From positions 1 through 64,000 of the IMG/VR virus record IMGVR_UViG_3300045996_003734: a DNA stretch of 64,000 bases; one strand, written 5' to 3'. The translations under genes and the position numbers were made by a program. This stretch comes from a virus. Numbering within the stretch: the first letter of the stretch is position 1; the number at the start of each line of letters is the position of its first letter. This document shows positions 1 through 9,143 of the stretch, in pieces. The notes below the pieces were generated by a model. That model was given only the letters and a program-made list of their open reading frames with translations, had not been told where the DNA came from and ran no database searches.

Positions 1-1122
1 GTCGATGCAGTCGGCGCCGGTGTGGTGGATGTACAGGTGGGAGAGGTCCACGCGCTTCTTGTCGCCGCCCTGCAGCCCCAGGCCGTAGCCGTAGCAGTTC
101 TTGATCTCGACGCGGTGGATGCGCAGGCCGTCGCAACCGCCCGTCCCCGTCCGCAGCCCGTGGACCGACGAAGTGTTGCCGGAGCCCGGGTTCACGAGCT
201 GGCTGTTGCCGTCGAGGGTGAGGTCGCTGATCTCGATCTCGGTCGCGCCGTCGATGTTGAATAGGTTGGCGTTCGCGCCGTTCGCCGCGCGGATGATGGT
301 CTTTCCCCGACCTGCGCCGCGGAGCGTGACGTTGGCCAGCCCGGTCAGGGAGAGGCACACGTCATCGATCGCTGACTCGTTCACTAGGTACGCGGCGCCG
401 AGCCCGTCGGGCACGTACACGAGGCCCGCGCCTGCAGTGTTCGCGGCTGCGAGCGCAGCCTGCAGCGCCACCCGGTTGGCGGCCGCGAGCGCAGCCGGCG
501 AGGCCCCAAAGGCGGAGAGCTTCACGTTGAAGTAGGCGAACAGGTCGCGCACCGCGATGCCGCCGTCCTTCAGTTCCTTGCCGCTCGCGCTCTGGAAGAC
601 CGGCACGCGGTCGACCACCGCCGAGGCCGGGCCGAGCACGTCGCCGCCGCCCGGAGGCACCACGTCCACGTCGTCGTTCTGGTTGTCCGCCCAGCCGCCT
701 GCCGAGTACTGCGTGCCCTCGGTCGCGATGATCTTGCGGCGGCCGAGGGCGCTCCGGACGCAGACCAACCGCTCGAACTGGAAGTCCGGGCTGGGCCGGT
801 CGTTCCGATCGAGGCCTCCGTTGACCAGGCAGCGCACCACCCACGAGGCCGCGCCGGTAGCGGGAACGTTGAGCGTGACCGCCGTCGCCGGCGTCGCCGC
901 GTCCACCTTCTGGCCCGTGGTCGCGCCGACCAGCGAGAGGAGAGCCGCGCCCTTGCTGGCCCTCGGCGACTTGTCGTCGCTGGCGCTGCACACCTCGTAG
1001 GTCACCCGGCGCACGACGCCCGTCAGCGCCTCGAGCTGCAGGACGAGCGACGCGCCGCTCACCGTGTCGTAGCCACGTGCCGAGCTCGGGCTACCTTGGA
1101 TGGTGAAACGGGCGAGGTTCAC
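1..1122 (-). CDS. beta-helix tailspike-like protein, left copy (runs off window edge)
   Basis: Colinear with 62149-63270 (offset 62148); GTG start at 1122. Confidence 0.8.
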   Translation of the reverse strand, partial: MNLARFTIQGSPSSARGYDTVSGASLVLQLEALTGVVRRVTYEVCSASDDKSPRASKGAALLSLVGATTGQKVDAATPATAVTLNVPATGAASWVVRCLVNGGLDRNDRPSPDFQFERLVCVRSALGRRKIIATEGTQYSAGGWADNQNDDVDVVPPGGGDVLGPASAVVDRVPVFQSASGKELKDGGIAVRDLFAYFNVKLSAFGASPAALAAANRVALQAALAAANTAGAGLVYVPDGLGAAYLVNESAIDDVCLSLTGLANVTLRGAGRGKTIIRAANGANANLFNIDGATEIEISDLTLDGNSQLVNPGSGNTSSVHGLRTGTGGCDGLRIHRVEIKNCYGYGLGLQGGDKKRVDLSHLYIHHTGADCID

Positions 1123-1163
1123 GGGCTCGGTATGCGAGCGCCCGCGTCACCTGACCCACCTCG

Positions 1164-1424
1164 CTACCCGGAGCTCTTGGAGCGACTTTGCCCAAGGAGG
1201 AATCCGAGACCAGTGCCAATGACCGGCAGAATCGTCGATGCCTCGTCCTCGCGCCAGATAAGAGCTGCGACGTAGGCCAGGCAGAGAGCGATGAGCACGC
1301 CTCCTCCAAACCACGTTCGCAAGAGCGCGTTGCGTGCTTTTCCACTTTCGCGGATGAGGTTCGGCGTGGGCCGCGTCGGCTGGGCGCCTCCCGACTGGAG
1401 CTTCACCTCGGGATCGGTTCCCAT
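1164..1424 (-). CDS. small two-TM membrane protein (86 aa), copy-specific
   Basis: ATG overlaps upstream TGA (TGATG); two hydrophobic segments. Confidence 0.7.
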   Translation of the reverse strand: MGTDPEVKLQSGGAQPTRPTPNLIRESGKARNALLRTWFGGGVLIALCLAYVAALIWREDEASTILPVIGTGLGFLLGQSRSKSSG

Positions 1425-1774
1425 CAGAACTTCCGCAATACGTAGAGGTTGAAGATGTTCACGACGCCGATCCGATGCACTGCGACCTGGACGCAGAGCG
1501 TAGCCCCGGCGACCGAGCCGAATTCTCCCGGCTCCTGCAGCGCTACCCCCAGAGGACCGATGCCACCGCTGACGGTGATGACCAGCACGCCTCCTTGCGC
1601 AACCCACGCGATGTTGTGCGGGAGGTCGGCCCCGGATCGCACCCTCAGCTCGAAGTTCACTGAGTGGCCAAGCGTATTGATCGTGACGCGAGCAGCACCT
1701 GGCTCGTCGGGCACCATCACGGACACGTGCTCGAGCTGTTGATACGTACCTGAGTTGAAGGTGACCTGAATCAC
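1424..1774 (-). CDS. hypothetical beta-rich protein (116 aa), copy-specific
   Basis: C-terminal part of ORF 1424-2965 from GTG at 1774; coupled to the next gene. Confidence 0.65.
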   Translation of the reverse strand: MIQVTFNSGTYQQLEHVSVMVPDEPGAARVTINTLGHSVNFELRVRSGADLPHNIAWVAQGGVLVITVSGGIGPLGVALQEPGEFGSVAGATLCVQVAVHRIGVVNIFNLYVLRKF

Positions 1775-1809
1775 GGCCGCGCAACGTACGACTTGCGCGG
1801 TTCCGACGT

Positions 1810-3354
1810 CTAGTACCCGCCTGTCGCGGCCGCTTTCCTGCCGCCCCGCGCCGGCACCTTGGGCTTGCTCGCCGGCTGCTTGTCGGCAAAATCCCAGTTG
1901 TGCACGGTCGAGTCCACCTGGTCGTCCTCGGCGCCGTCGATGCCGGTGAAGCGCTCGTGCTCCTTCACGTAGTCGCCGATCCACTTGCCCTCGTCCCAGC
2001 ACTCCAGCTCGCGTAGTAGTTTCTGCAGCGCGACGGAGTCCAGGCTCGGGTCGTGGTCGAGCGGGACCTGCAGGCGACCTTGGCCCCACGCCGCGGCGCA
2101 AGGCTGCGCGGCGCTGAACTTGTCGACGGTGCGCGGCACCTCGATGAGCCGGAGCCTGGGGTGGAGCCGGCGGAGGTTCTGGGCAACGCTCTGCCCCTGC
2201 CCGCCCTGGGTCTCGACAACGATGGGCACGCCCGGCCAGCTCGCTTGGAGGCACGCCAGTACGCGCACGACGTCGGGCGTCTCGAGCTGCATCCGGTAGC
2301 AGCGCAGCACCTGGCCGTAGAGCATGCCGGTCAGCAGGACGCCCTCGGGGCTCTCCCACGGAGCGCGCCAGTAGCAGCAGATGGTGATGGCGGTGTGGTC
2401 GGCGCTCGTCTTGGCCGTACCCGCGGCATCCACCGCGATGACGATTTGCCGCCCTTGCCGGATCGCCTGCCCCATGTACCGGCGCGGCTCGCCGAAGACG
2501 CTGCCGCCCTTGGGGCGCGGCCGCTGCATGTACTGCGACCACCAGTTGTACTCCCCCACCACCGCGCGGATTTGGAGCAGCGCCTTCAGGTCGTAGCGCG
2601 CAGCCCACAGCGGTTGCCCGTGCTCGTCGATGGCCGGCAGCGACACGAGCTCGAACGGAGGCATGTTCTCCGGGTCCTGCTCGCAGAGCTTCATGATGCG
2701 CGCGATGAGGTCGTCGTCGTTCCACCGCTGGTGAAAGGCGATGACCGAGGCGCCTGGCTCGCGGCGGGTGAACTGGTCGCCGATGAACGACTGCCAGACG
2801 GCTTCGCGAACGGTCTCGCTCTCGGCCTCCCCGCGGTTCTTGAACGCGTCGTCGTTGAGCAGCAGGTCGAGGCCCTTGGACACCAGGCCGCCGTCTCGGC
2901 CCACGGCGACGAAGCCGCCGCCGGCGGCGGTCTGCCAGTGCCGCACGCTCGCGCTCGGGTCCCACTTCTTACCCGGCCCCGAGCGCTGGAAGTCCACGCC
3001 GGCGTCGACCGCCCGCTGCCGCGCGATGCGGCTCTGGTCGTCGGCGACGTCTTGGCTGTAGGTGGCGTAGACGACGCGCTTGGTGGGGTTGTACTTCAGA
3101 AACCGCGCTGCGCCGTGGAAGACGATCTCCGACTTGCCGTGGCGCGGCGGCGCCTCCACGCAGCCGTACACCTCCTCGCCTTGCTGGATTCGGTCGAAGA
3201 GGTCGCACATGCGCGAGAGCGCGATCGGAGCCGTGTAGCGCGGCGACGCCCACGGGATGAACTCCAGCAGCTCGGTGCGGCCGCGAATCTCCTGGGTCCG
3301 GCGCCGCGCTAGCGCCCGCTGGTAGGCCTCACTTTTTTGCTGCTGGGGGTCCAA
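1810..3354 (-). CDS. terL: terminase large subunit
   Basis: Walker A PPRHGKS, Walker B LLLNDD, HQRW motif, nuclease motifs IAVDAAG and DDQVDS. Confidence 0.95.
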   Translation of the reverse strand: MDPQQQKSEAYQRALARRRTQEIRGRTELLEFIPWASPRYTAPIALSRMCDLFDRIQQGEEVYGCVEAPPRHGKSEIVFHGAARFLKYNPTKRVVYATYSQDVADDQSRIARQRAVDAGVDFQRSGPGKKWDPSASVRHWQTAAGGGFVAVGRDGGLVSKGLDLLLNDDAFKNRGEAESETVREAVWQSFIGDQFTRREPGASVIAFHQRWNDDDLIARIMKLCEQDPENMPPFELVSLPAIDEHGQPLWAARYDLKALLQIRAVVGEYNWWSQYMQRPRPKGGSVFGEPRRYMGQAIRQGRQIVIAVDAAGTAKTSADHTAITICCYWRAPWESPEGVLLTGMLYGQVLRCYRMQLETPDVVRVLACLQASWPGVPIVVETQGGQGQSVAQNLRRLHPRLRLIEVPRTVDKFSAAQPCAAAWGQGRLQVPLDHDPSLDSVALQKLLRELECWDEGKWIGDYVKEHERFTGIDGAEDDQVDSTVHNWDFADKQPASKPKVPARGGRKAAATGGY

Positions 3355-3946
3355 AGCGCTCGGGTTTCGTGCCCGTCTCGCCGAAGCGTTCCACCTCTTC
3401 CGGTGTCCAACCCTCGAAGGGGTCCGGCGGCTTCACCACGATGTTCTGGCGCAGCTCGCCCATGTGCTCGAGCAGGGTGCGCGCCGCCGGCACGCGGTCG
3501 CCTTCGTTCTCTTGGAGCACCTGCAGGAGACGAAGCCGCGCGATGGCCACCAGCTTCTCCCTCTGCCCGGTCGTGTAGTCGACCAGGCGCGAGGCCTCGG
3601 CGGAGTAGTGCTGGACGGTCTTGACGCTCATGGTCCAGGCCGGCGAGCTCCACCGCTTCGCCAGCACCTTCGCCATGCTGGCCCGCCACTCTCCGGAGGC
3701 CATCAGCTGCGCGATTTCGAAGATGCGGCCGCGCTTGATCTCCTGCGGCGTGAGCATCGGCGCGGTGGGGTCGGTCGGGACGTCCGCTGCCGAGAGCGGC
3801 GGGAGCTCGTCGGGGTCCTGCTCCGGCTCGCGCTCGGCCTTTGGTGGGCGCTTGGCACCCTTTGGCTTCGGCTTCTTCGCCGCCTTGCGCTTGGACGATG
3901 GAGCAACGGATCCATTCGGCGCCGTATCTGAGGGTCCAGCTGTCAC
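3329..3946 (-). CDS. probable terminase small subunit
   Basis: Overlaps terL start; helical, HTH-like core. Confidence 0.6.
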   Translation of the reverse strand: MTAGPSDTAPNGSVAPSSKRKAAKKPKPKGAKRPPKAEREPEQDPDELPPLSAADVPTDPTAPMLTPQEIKRGRIFEIAQLMASGEWRASMAKVLAKRWSSPAWTMSVKTVQHYSAEASRLVDYTTGQREKLVAIARLRLLQVLQENEGDRVPAARTLLEHMGELRQNIVVKPPDPFEGWTPEEVERFGETGTKPERFGPPAAKK

Positions 3947-3999
3947 GCCCCGCAGCTCCCGCTTGACGGCGCGACGGAGGCGCTCTCTCCTGGACGTTT

Positions 4000-4416
4000 A
4001 TGACCAGAGCGGTTTGTACAATCTTGGTACTTCTTACAGTCGGGTGCAGCTCCGACGACGACGCGCAGGCGTGCGCCCTCGAGCACCGGGACGGCACTTA
4101 CCTGCTGCAAATGACCGAGAGCTCTGGGACTTGCGGCCCCGTCCCCGACGGCGTCACCCGACAGAACCCCACGCTCAACTCGATCGGCAACGGGTGTGCT
4201 CTGGATGCCGACGACGACCTGAGCGCCGACAAATGTTCCCTCTCTCGTTCGGCCACCTGCCCCACCGACGACGGCGGCACGATCAGCTTGGTTGGGGTCG
4301 TCAAGGAGCAGGACGGCGGAGCGAAGCTTACCGGCCTGCTCACGGTGACCTTGCGAAACGAGGCCGGCAGCGCGGTCTGCATGGGCACCTACGACGCCAC
4401 GTACACGCGGCAGTAG
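4000..4416 (+). CDS. Cys-rich lipoprotein (moron)
   Basis: Signal peptide with lipobox LTVGC; opposite strand to neighbours. Confidence 0.8.
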   Translation: MTRAVCTILVLLTVGCSSDDDAQACALEHRDGTYLLQMTESSGTCGPVPDGVTRQNPTLNSIGNGCALDADDDLSADKCSLSRSATCPTDDGGTISLVGVVKEQDGGAKLTGLLTVTLRNEAGSAVCMGTYDATYTRQ

Positions 4417-4460
4417 CCTCGCGCGCGCGCCGCGCGCGTGACCTGGGGGGTATTGGGTGT

Positions 4461-4775
4461 TCAACCGACGCTCCGTTTCCGGTAGTGGTTCTCGGGCTTG
4501 CAGAGGTGGAACAGCGAGCAATGTGGGCATGTGTAAGGCGTGAGCTTGTTGCGGCCCTGCCCGCGCATGACGCGCGCGGCGTGCTTGGCGGCGGCCCGGC
4601 TCGCGTAGGTGCGCTTGTCCATGCAGCCGCGAGCCTCGAAGCTGGAGACGCCTCGGGCCTCCATGTCGAGCCGGCGCTGGGCCGCGCGCGCCGTGGGCAG
4701 CTGAGCCACTAGCTTCGCCCCGGGAGCTGCTTCGAAGGGCATGAGCTGGTGCAGAGACCCACGCCGTGCGGGCAC
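4461..4775 (-). CDS. small Zn-finger protein (true start probably downstream)
   Basis: CxxKxxY...YxCPHCxxFHL motif. Confidence 0.65.
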   Translation of the reverse strand: MPARRGSLHQLMPFEAAPGAKLVAQLPTARAAQRRLDMEARGVSSFEARGCMDKRTYASRAAAKHAARVMRGQGRNKLTPYTCPHCSLFHLCKPENHYRKRSVG

Positions 4776-5035
4776 TCCGGACGCCGCTCCGCAGTGGTCT
4801 CGACGGGGTCGTCCGAACGCCAGCAGTGGACCACCAGCGACGCCACGCCGGGCTTTTCCTGCACCGCGGACGCCGCCTGGTGGTAGCGGCCCGGTGGCAG
4901 CAGCTTGTGCTTGGTCAGGTAGTCGGAGATGGCTTGGCCGTACTGCTCCGAGGTGAGCGAAACCGTGTGGTCAGGCGGCCCAAGCACAGCGTCGGCGGCG
5001 CTGGCGAAAGCCATGAATGGGTCCCGGCCCCACAT
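4709..5035 (-). CDS. hypothetical protein
   Basis: Fits operon tiling. Confidence 0.5.
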   Translation of the reverse strand: MWGRDPFMAFASAADAVLGPPDHTVSLTSEQYGQAISDYLTKHKLLPPGRYHQAASAVQEKPGVASLVVHCWRSDDPVETTAERRPECPHGVGLCTSSCPSKQLPGRS

Positions 5036-5838
5036 CAGCCCGTCGCTCCCAGCTCCAGCTGCTTTTCGTCGGTCCGGAGCGCCCGCGCCTCGATGATTTC
5101 GCCGGTGTCGAGCCGTGTGACCTCGACCACCCCGAGCTTGTAGTTCGTCTTCTGCTCACACTCCACGGCTCGCTCCTCGATGGCCTGGCCGGAGGCGACC
5201 ACCAGCCGGATGAACTCTTTCTGGCATTCCGCAATTTGGGCGCGCTTTTCGCGGAGCAGGTTCTTCAGCTCGCTCTCCAGCCGTTCGCGCTCGAGCAGCT
5301 TGCCGGCGGCGGCCTGGGCTGCCTTATGGGACTGTTCCGGCGTGAGGGCGCAGGGCAGCGTGCGTTCGATTCGGATCTTCTTGATGGCTTGCTTGGTCAC
5401 GGCGTCGCTCCTCGCCCAGCAAAGGGCCTCGTAGGTCAGCAGCCCGGCGTCCTCGGCGGCGGCCAGGGTTTGGATGGTGAAGTTGCGGGACCAGCCGAGG
5501 CGCTTGCTGGCGATGGTCAGCAGCTCGTCTGGTGAGCTGCACTCGATGACGGCGGCGAGCTGCGCGGCGCGGGGTCCCCAGCAGGGGTCCGAGCAGGCCT
5601 CCCTGCCCTTCGTGGGAGCGCGGGGCTCGGTGGTGAAGTCCTCGTCCGGAGCGTGGTGGCGGAGCCAGTGCAGCGTCGCGCGGAGCTCGTCCTCGGTGGC
5701 TGCCGGGAACTGGCGGCGGAGCGAGCCGAAAAGGTAGGCCTGGCTCTTCGTGCGCTTCGCCACCTCTCGGACGGTGCCGCCGATGTTCCGGGCCGCCTTC
5801 GTGCAGACGTCGAGCGCGAAGTCTCGGATGCTCGCCAT
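5035..5838 (-). CDS. hypothetical protein with C-terminal coiled coil
   Basis: Operon tiling; protein-like composition. Confidence 0.7.
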   Translation of the reverse strand: MASIRDFALDVCTKAARNIGGTVREVAKRTKSQAYLFGSLRRQFPAATEDELRATLHWLRHHAPDEDFTTEPRAPTKGREACSDPCWGPRAAQLAAVIECSSPDELLTIASKRLGWSRNFTIQTLAAAEDAGLLTYEALCWARSDAVTKQAIKKIRIERTLPCALTPEQSHKAAQAAAGKLLERERLESELKNLLREKRAQIAECQKEFIRLVVASGQAIEERAVECEQKTNYKLGVVEVTRLDTGEIIEARALRTDEKQLELGATG

Positions 5839-6243
5839 TCAGCGCTTCCGCCCCCGCTTGAGCAGGCCCGCGCGCGCCAGCGCTTCGCGAAGCCCGACCT
5901 GCATGTAGTAGTCCCGCTTGCCGTCCGGCCCCGCCGGGAAGCGGGCGGCGATGTCCTGCCCGGCCTTGCCGTACACCTTGTTGTCGGCGCCGTCGCAGAT
6001 CTCCTTGAGCAGCTGCGCCTCCTGCTGGCGCTTGTGGTGGTCGAGGCGCTCCGCCTCCGCGCGCGCGGCCGCCTGCTGCTCGGGCGAGCTGTAGATGGCC
6101 GAGATGCTCGCCGACAGCTCCTCGCCGAACAGCGCTCGGAACTCCGGGTCCTCGGCCGTGATGAGCCGGGGCGCGTGGCGGAAGGCCATCAAGAGGCCTC
6201 CGGCGGCGGTGCTTCGGGCGATTTCGCGGGCGGTTTTTGCCAC
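5839..6243 (-). CDS. hypothetical protein
   Basis: Operon tiling. Confidence 0.6.
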   Translation of the reverse strand: MAKTAREIARSTAAGGLLMAFRHAPRLITAEDPEFRALFGEELSASISAIYSSPEQQAAARAEAERLDHHKRQQEAQLLKEICDGADNKVYGKAGQDIAARFPAGPDGKRDYYMQVGLREALARAGLLKRGRKR

Positions 6244-6566
6244 TCCGGCTTTGCCAGGAAGTCCGTGATCTCCGCGTGGAGCTCGCGCGGCCCCATGATT
6301 TTGCCGGAGTACTTCGGGCCCAGGTAGCGGCCGTGCGGCTCGGTCTCCGGCCGGGGGCGCTGCGCCTCGTAGGCCGTCACCACCTCGGCGATGGTCGGGA
6401 AGAACTTGCTGGTCCGGACGATGCCCGCCACGGCCTGCTGCGCCTGCTCGTGGTCGAGCTCGAGCAGGAAGTTTTCGTACATCACCACCGTGCCGTCGGG
6501 GACGCGAGCGTTCGGGTAGCAGGCCATCAGGATGGCCACGAGCTGGGCGACTTGAGCTTTGGTCAC
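6189..6566 (-). CDS. helicase loader/inhibitor (G39P-like)
   Basis: AILMACYPN...SKFFPTIAEV pattern; follows the replication initiator. Confidence 0.7.
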   Translation of the reverse strand: MTKAQVAQLVAILMACYPNARVPDGTVVMYENFLLELDHEQAQQAVAGIVRTSKFFPTIAEVVTAYEAQRPRPETEPHGRYLGPKYSGKIMGPRELHAEITDFLAKPEWQKPPAKSPEAPPPEAS

Positions 6567-7570
6567 GAGGTCAGGGCCTTTCGTTCGGGTTGCTGCTCGG
6601 CTTCTCGGAGGGCGGTGGCGCGCGCCAGCTGGCGACCGAGACCGTCGGCGGCACGCGCCCCGGCGCCGTCGGGGCGCGTGGGAATCACCGGCGCCACCGT
6701 GAGCAGGCGCGCGAAGCGGTCGACCTGCGCAGCGTCGCGCAGCACCGTGGTCAGCGTCTGGAGCTGCGGGTTGCGCAGCAGGTGCTCGTCGAGCCCCGCC
6801 CCGCGGATGGCCTGCTCGAGCTCGTCGGTCGTGCGGCCGTCCGCCCACTGCCGGAACATCGCCGCCATGCGCGGGTCCCCCGAGCCGCGCACCGGCTGGC
6901 GCTTTCCGCCGAAGACTTCGGCCAACGTGTCCACGAGCCGGACGGTCTCCGGCCAGGCCTGCGGGTTCGGGTCGGTGAGCGCAGCGAGCTGCGGATCGCG
7001 CAGCCAGCTCTCGGCGCGGGCTTTCAAGTCGGTCGGCAGCTGGCTCGTGCGCGCGCTAGGTCCTGGTCCGATCCCTTCCTGGTCGTTGGTCGTAGGTCGT
7101 AGGTCAGGCGCGAGACTCTCCGGAATCGCTCCGGATGTCGTCGCGAGGGGTTCGCGAGGCTTTCCGGAATCTGTCGGATTCTCGAGCTTTGCTGGCGAGA
7201 ACAGGTCCGCGGGCGGTTTGGGCACAAGCGGCTTGCCGGGTTTGTCGACGCGCTGGTGCCGCGCCCAGTTCCGGATCGCGAAGTACCGCTGGCCACCCAC
7301 GGACCAGGTCCCGATGAAACCGAGGTCGAGAAGCTCGCGAAAGGCTCGCGAGGCTTTCGCGAGCACCTCCGGAGCCTTCGCGCCGTCGTCGCGCTCGAGC
7401 GCGTACCGCCAGACGGAAGCGGCGATGGTGGCGATGCTGGCTCGCCCGTTGCCGTAGTCGTCGGCCAGCAGGATGAGCCCGACCGACAGCACGCGCGCCT
7501 CGTCGCTGGCGGCGGCGAGCAGCTCGTCCTCGAGCCACTCGGGTTTCACCGTCCTGATACGTCCACTCAA
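6563..7570 (-). CDS. phage replication initiator
   Basis: N-terminus RIRTVKPEW...LADDYG...NWARHQRVDKP; internal iteron-like arrays. Confidence 0.8.
   Translation of the reverse strand: MSGRIRTVKPEWLEDELLAAASDEARVLSVGLILLADDYGNGRASIATIAASVWRYALERDDGAKAPEVLAKASRAFRELLDLGFIGTWSVGGQRYFAIRNWARHQRVDKPGKPLVPKPPADLFSPAKLENPTDSGKPREPLATTSGAIPESLAPDLRPTTNDQEGIGPGPSARTSQLPTDLKARAESWLRDPQLAALTDPNPQAWPETVRLVDTLAEVFGGKRQPVRGSGDPRMAAMFRQWADGRTTDELEQAIRGAGLDEHLLRNPQLQTLTTVLRDAAQVDRFARLLTVAPVIPTRPDGAGARAADGLGRQLARATALREAEQQPERKALTS
7108..7373. repeat. putative replication origin: 11-bp periodic TCSSGA arrays
   Basis: TCCGGA/TCGCGA at 7119, 7130, 7141, 7152, 7163 and at 7335, 7346, 7357, 7368. Confidence 0.7.
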
Positions 7571-7962
7571 GTCCAAGCCTCCACGGCCGCAAGGGCCTCC
7601 CGAACCGACCGCACGACCGCGTAACGAACACCGTGACGCTTGGCCTTCGCTTGCCAGAGCTTCTGGCTCGGACGCTGCTTGCCCTCTTCCGTCTTCACCT
7701 CGAGGCCGCAGAGCGAGCCGGCGAACCAGTCGCCATCGGGCAGCCGCCCCGCCCCGACGACACGCACCGGCAGCACCACCAAGATGTCCGGCGTGCCGGC
7801 AGGCGCCCCCTTGATCACACGCCGTCGCGTGCGCACGGTGGCCTTGATGACCTGCGTCCCGCTGTTCGCGCGCCAAGCCCAGAAGCCGCGGAGCGTGAGC
7901 GCCTTGACGATGGCCGTGACGCGCGGCGACTCCTTGCTCCGCCGGCGACGACGCTTAAGCAC
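7567..7962 (-). CDS. VRR-NUC / PD-(D/E)xK nuclease (resolvase-like)
   Basis: GTPDIL...GLEVKT...RPSQ. Confidence 0.85.
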   Translation of the reverse strand: MLKRRRRRSKESPRVTAIVKALTLRGFWAWRANSGTQVIKATVRTRRRVIKGAPAGTPDILVVLPVRVVGAGRLPDGDWFAGSLCGLEVKTEEGKQRPSQKLWQAKAKRHGVRYAVVRSVREALAAVEAWT

Positions 7963-8233
7963 CGGCCACCTGCCTTCGGGCCGTCTTGGCCTGGTAGGTC
8001 GGGCGGCGCTCGAGCGCGTCACGCAGCGCTTTGCAGGTCTCGGCGCGCTTGTAGATCGTCAGGAAGCTGATCTGCAGGGCGCGCGCGGCTCCCGTGATCG
8101 TCCCCTCCGCCAGCACCGCGGCGGCCATCTCCTCGCTGGTGATGCCGCGAGCCTTGTACTGGTACGGGGGACGGCACTCCGGGCAGGCCGCGACCGAACG
8201 GAGGAAGCCGTGCGCGCAGCGCTGCTCAGCCAT
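7955..8233 (-). CDS. Cys/His-motif plus HTH DNA-binding protein
   Basis: CAHG...CPEC then GTITGAARALQISFLTIYKR. Confidence 0.7.
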   Translation of the reverse strand: MAEQRCAHGFLRSVAACPECRPPYQYKARGITSEEMAAAVLAEGTITGAARALQISFLTIYKRAETCKALRDALERRPTYQAKTARRQVAGA

Positions 8234-8420
8234 GGGTCACCTGCTTCCGCGGACGGCCCACGGGGCGACCGGTGGGGACGTACGCCTGGCGCCTGAGGTC
8301 CCGCTCGCGCCGCTCCGTCTCCCGGCCTACGAGGGTAACGCTGCCTAGCGGCTGCGGCGGCGCGACAGGCCCGGTGCCGAGGCAGTCCAGGCAGTCGCAG
8401 CAGAGAGGGTGCTCAGCCAC
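8226..8420 (-). CDS. small Cys-containing protein
   Basis: Operon tiling; CCDCLDC. Confidence 0.45.
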   Translation of the reverse strand: MAEHPLCCDCLDCLGTGPVAPPQPLGSVTLVGRETERRERDLRRQAYVPTGRPVGRPRKQVTHG

Positions 8421-8592
8421 GGCTGGCCTCCTGCGCTTCGGCGCGCGCCTGCGCGGCCTTGCCCTTGGCGTAGCGCTCCGCCTGGCACGCCTCGCAGAGC
8501 CCGAGCACGGCGTGGATGCCGTCGAGCATGTCCGTGCACTTCTTTGAGCAGCGCTCGCAGAGGTAGGTGACCGTGGACGGGCGATTAGCCAC
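8413..8592 (-). CDS. small Zn-ribbon protein (59 aa, below ORF-track cutoff)
   Basis: Own translation: VANRPSTVTYLCERCSKKC...LCEACQAER; fills the gap exactly. Confidence 0.55.
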   Translation of the reverse strand: MANRPSTVTYLCERCSKKCTDMLDGIHAVLGLCEACQAERYAKGKAAQARAEAQEASRG

Positions 8593-8791
8593 GCCGCCTC
8601 CGAGCTGCCGCGAGGGTCGCGACGGAGAGGACGGAGAGCAAACTGACGTCCGCGCCGCTGCTCACCGAGACGGGCGCCGGACCGGTCACGCCAGCAAAGC
8701 GCGAAGGGGTCTCGTAGAACGCTCCGCGCTGCGGGAAGCGGAAGCCGCCGGGGTTGTAGCCCCGAGGCGCAGGCGCTTTGCGCTTACCCAC
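8585..8791 (-). CDS. hypothetical protein
   Basis: Operon tiling. Confidence 0.45.
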   Translation of the reverse strand: MGKRKAPAPRGYNPGGFRFPQRGAFYETPSRFAGVTGPAPVSVSSGADVSLLSVLSVATLAAARRRRG

Positions 8792-9143
8792 CGCGCACCT
8801 CCGAGGTCAGCTCCCGGGCGAGCCGGAGCACGTCGGTCGCGCGCTTGTCCCCGCGGTCCATGGCGGCGAGCTCCCTGCCGATCAGGTCGAGGCGGGCGCG
8901 GAGCTCGGCGGCGCAGAGGGGGGCGGGCGCGGCGCCCCTAGCGTCGCCCGACAGCTCTTGGAGGTCCGTCCCCAGCTCGTGGGCCTGGTCGGCGGACATC
9001 TCGACCTCGGTCCCGTCCACCACCATGACGACCGAGTCGCCCTGGACCTGGAGGACAACGGCGAGACCCTGGCGGGCCGGCGGGACGACAGCGAGGCTCG
9101 GCATCCGGCGCCGCGGCCGGAACGGAATGACGTCCGCACTCAT
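8784..9143 (-). CDS. hypothetical protein
   Basis: ATGA overlap with int stop; VIPFRPR motif. Confidence 0.65.
   Translation of the reverse strand: MSADVIPFRPRRRMPSLAVVPPARQGLAVVLQVQGDSVVMVVDGTEVEMSADQAHELGTDLQELSGDARGAAPAPLCAAELRARLDLIGRELAAMDRGDKRATDVLRLARELTSEVRGG

Larger units (their letters stand above)
1..2500. repeat. diverged direct repeat, copy 1 (1-1139 matches 62149-63287; 1810-~2500 matches 63309-64000)
   Basis: Direct alignment by eye; many third-position substitutions. Confidence 0.95.

Noticed and set aside
1-2500. Simple terminal redundancy or circular assembly overlap
   Set aside because: The copies are diverged and differ in gene content
8585-8791. MYXO-CTERM-like sorting signal (hydrophobic stretch plus RRRR)
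   Set aside because: No signal peptide and no conserved Cys motif
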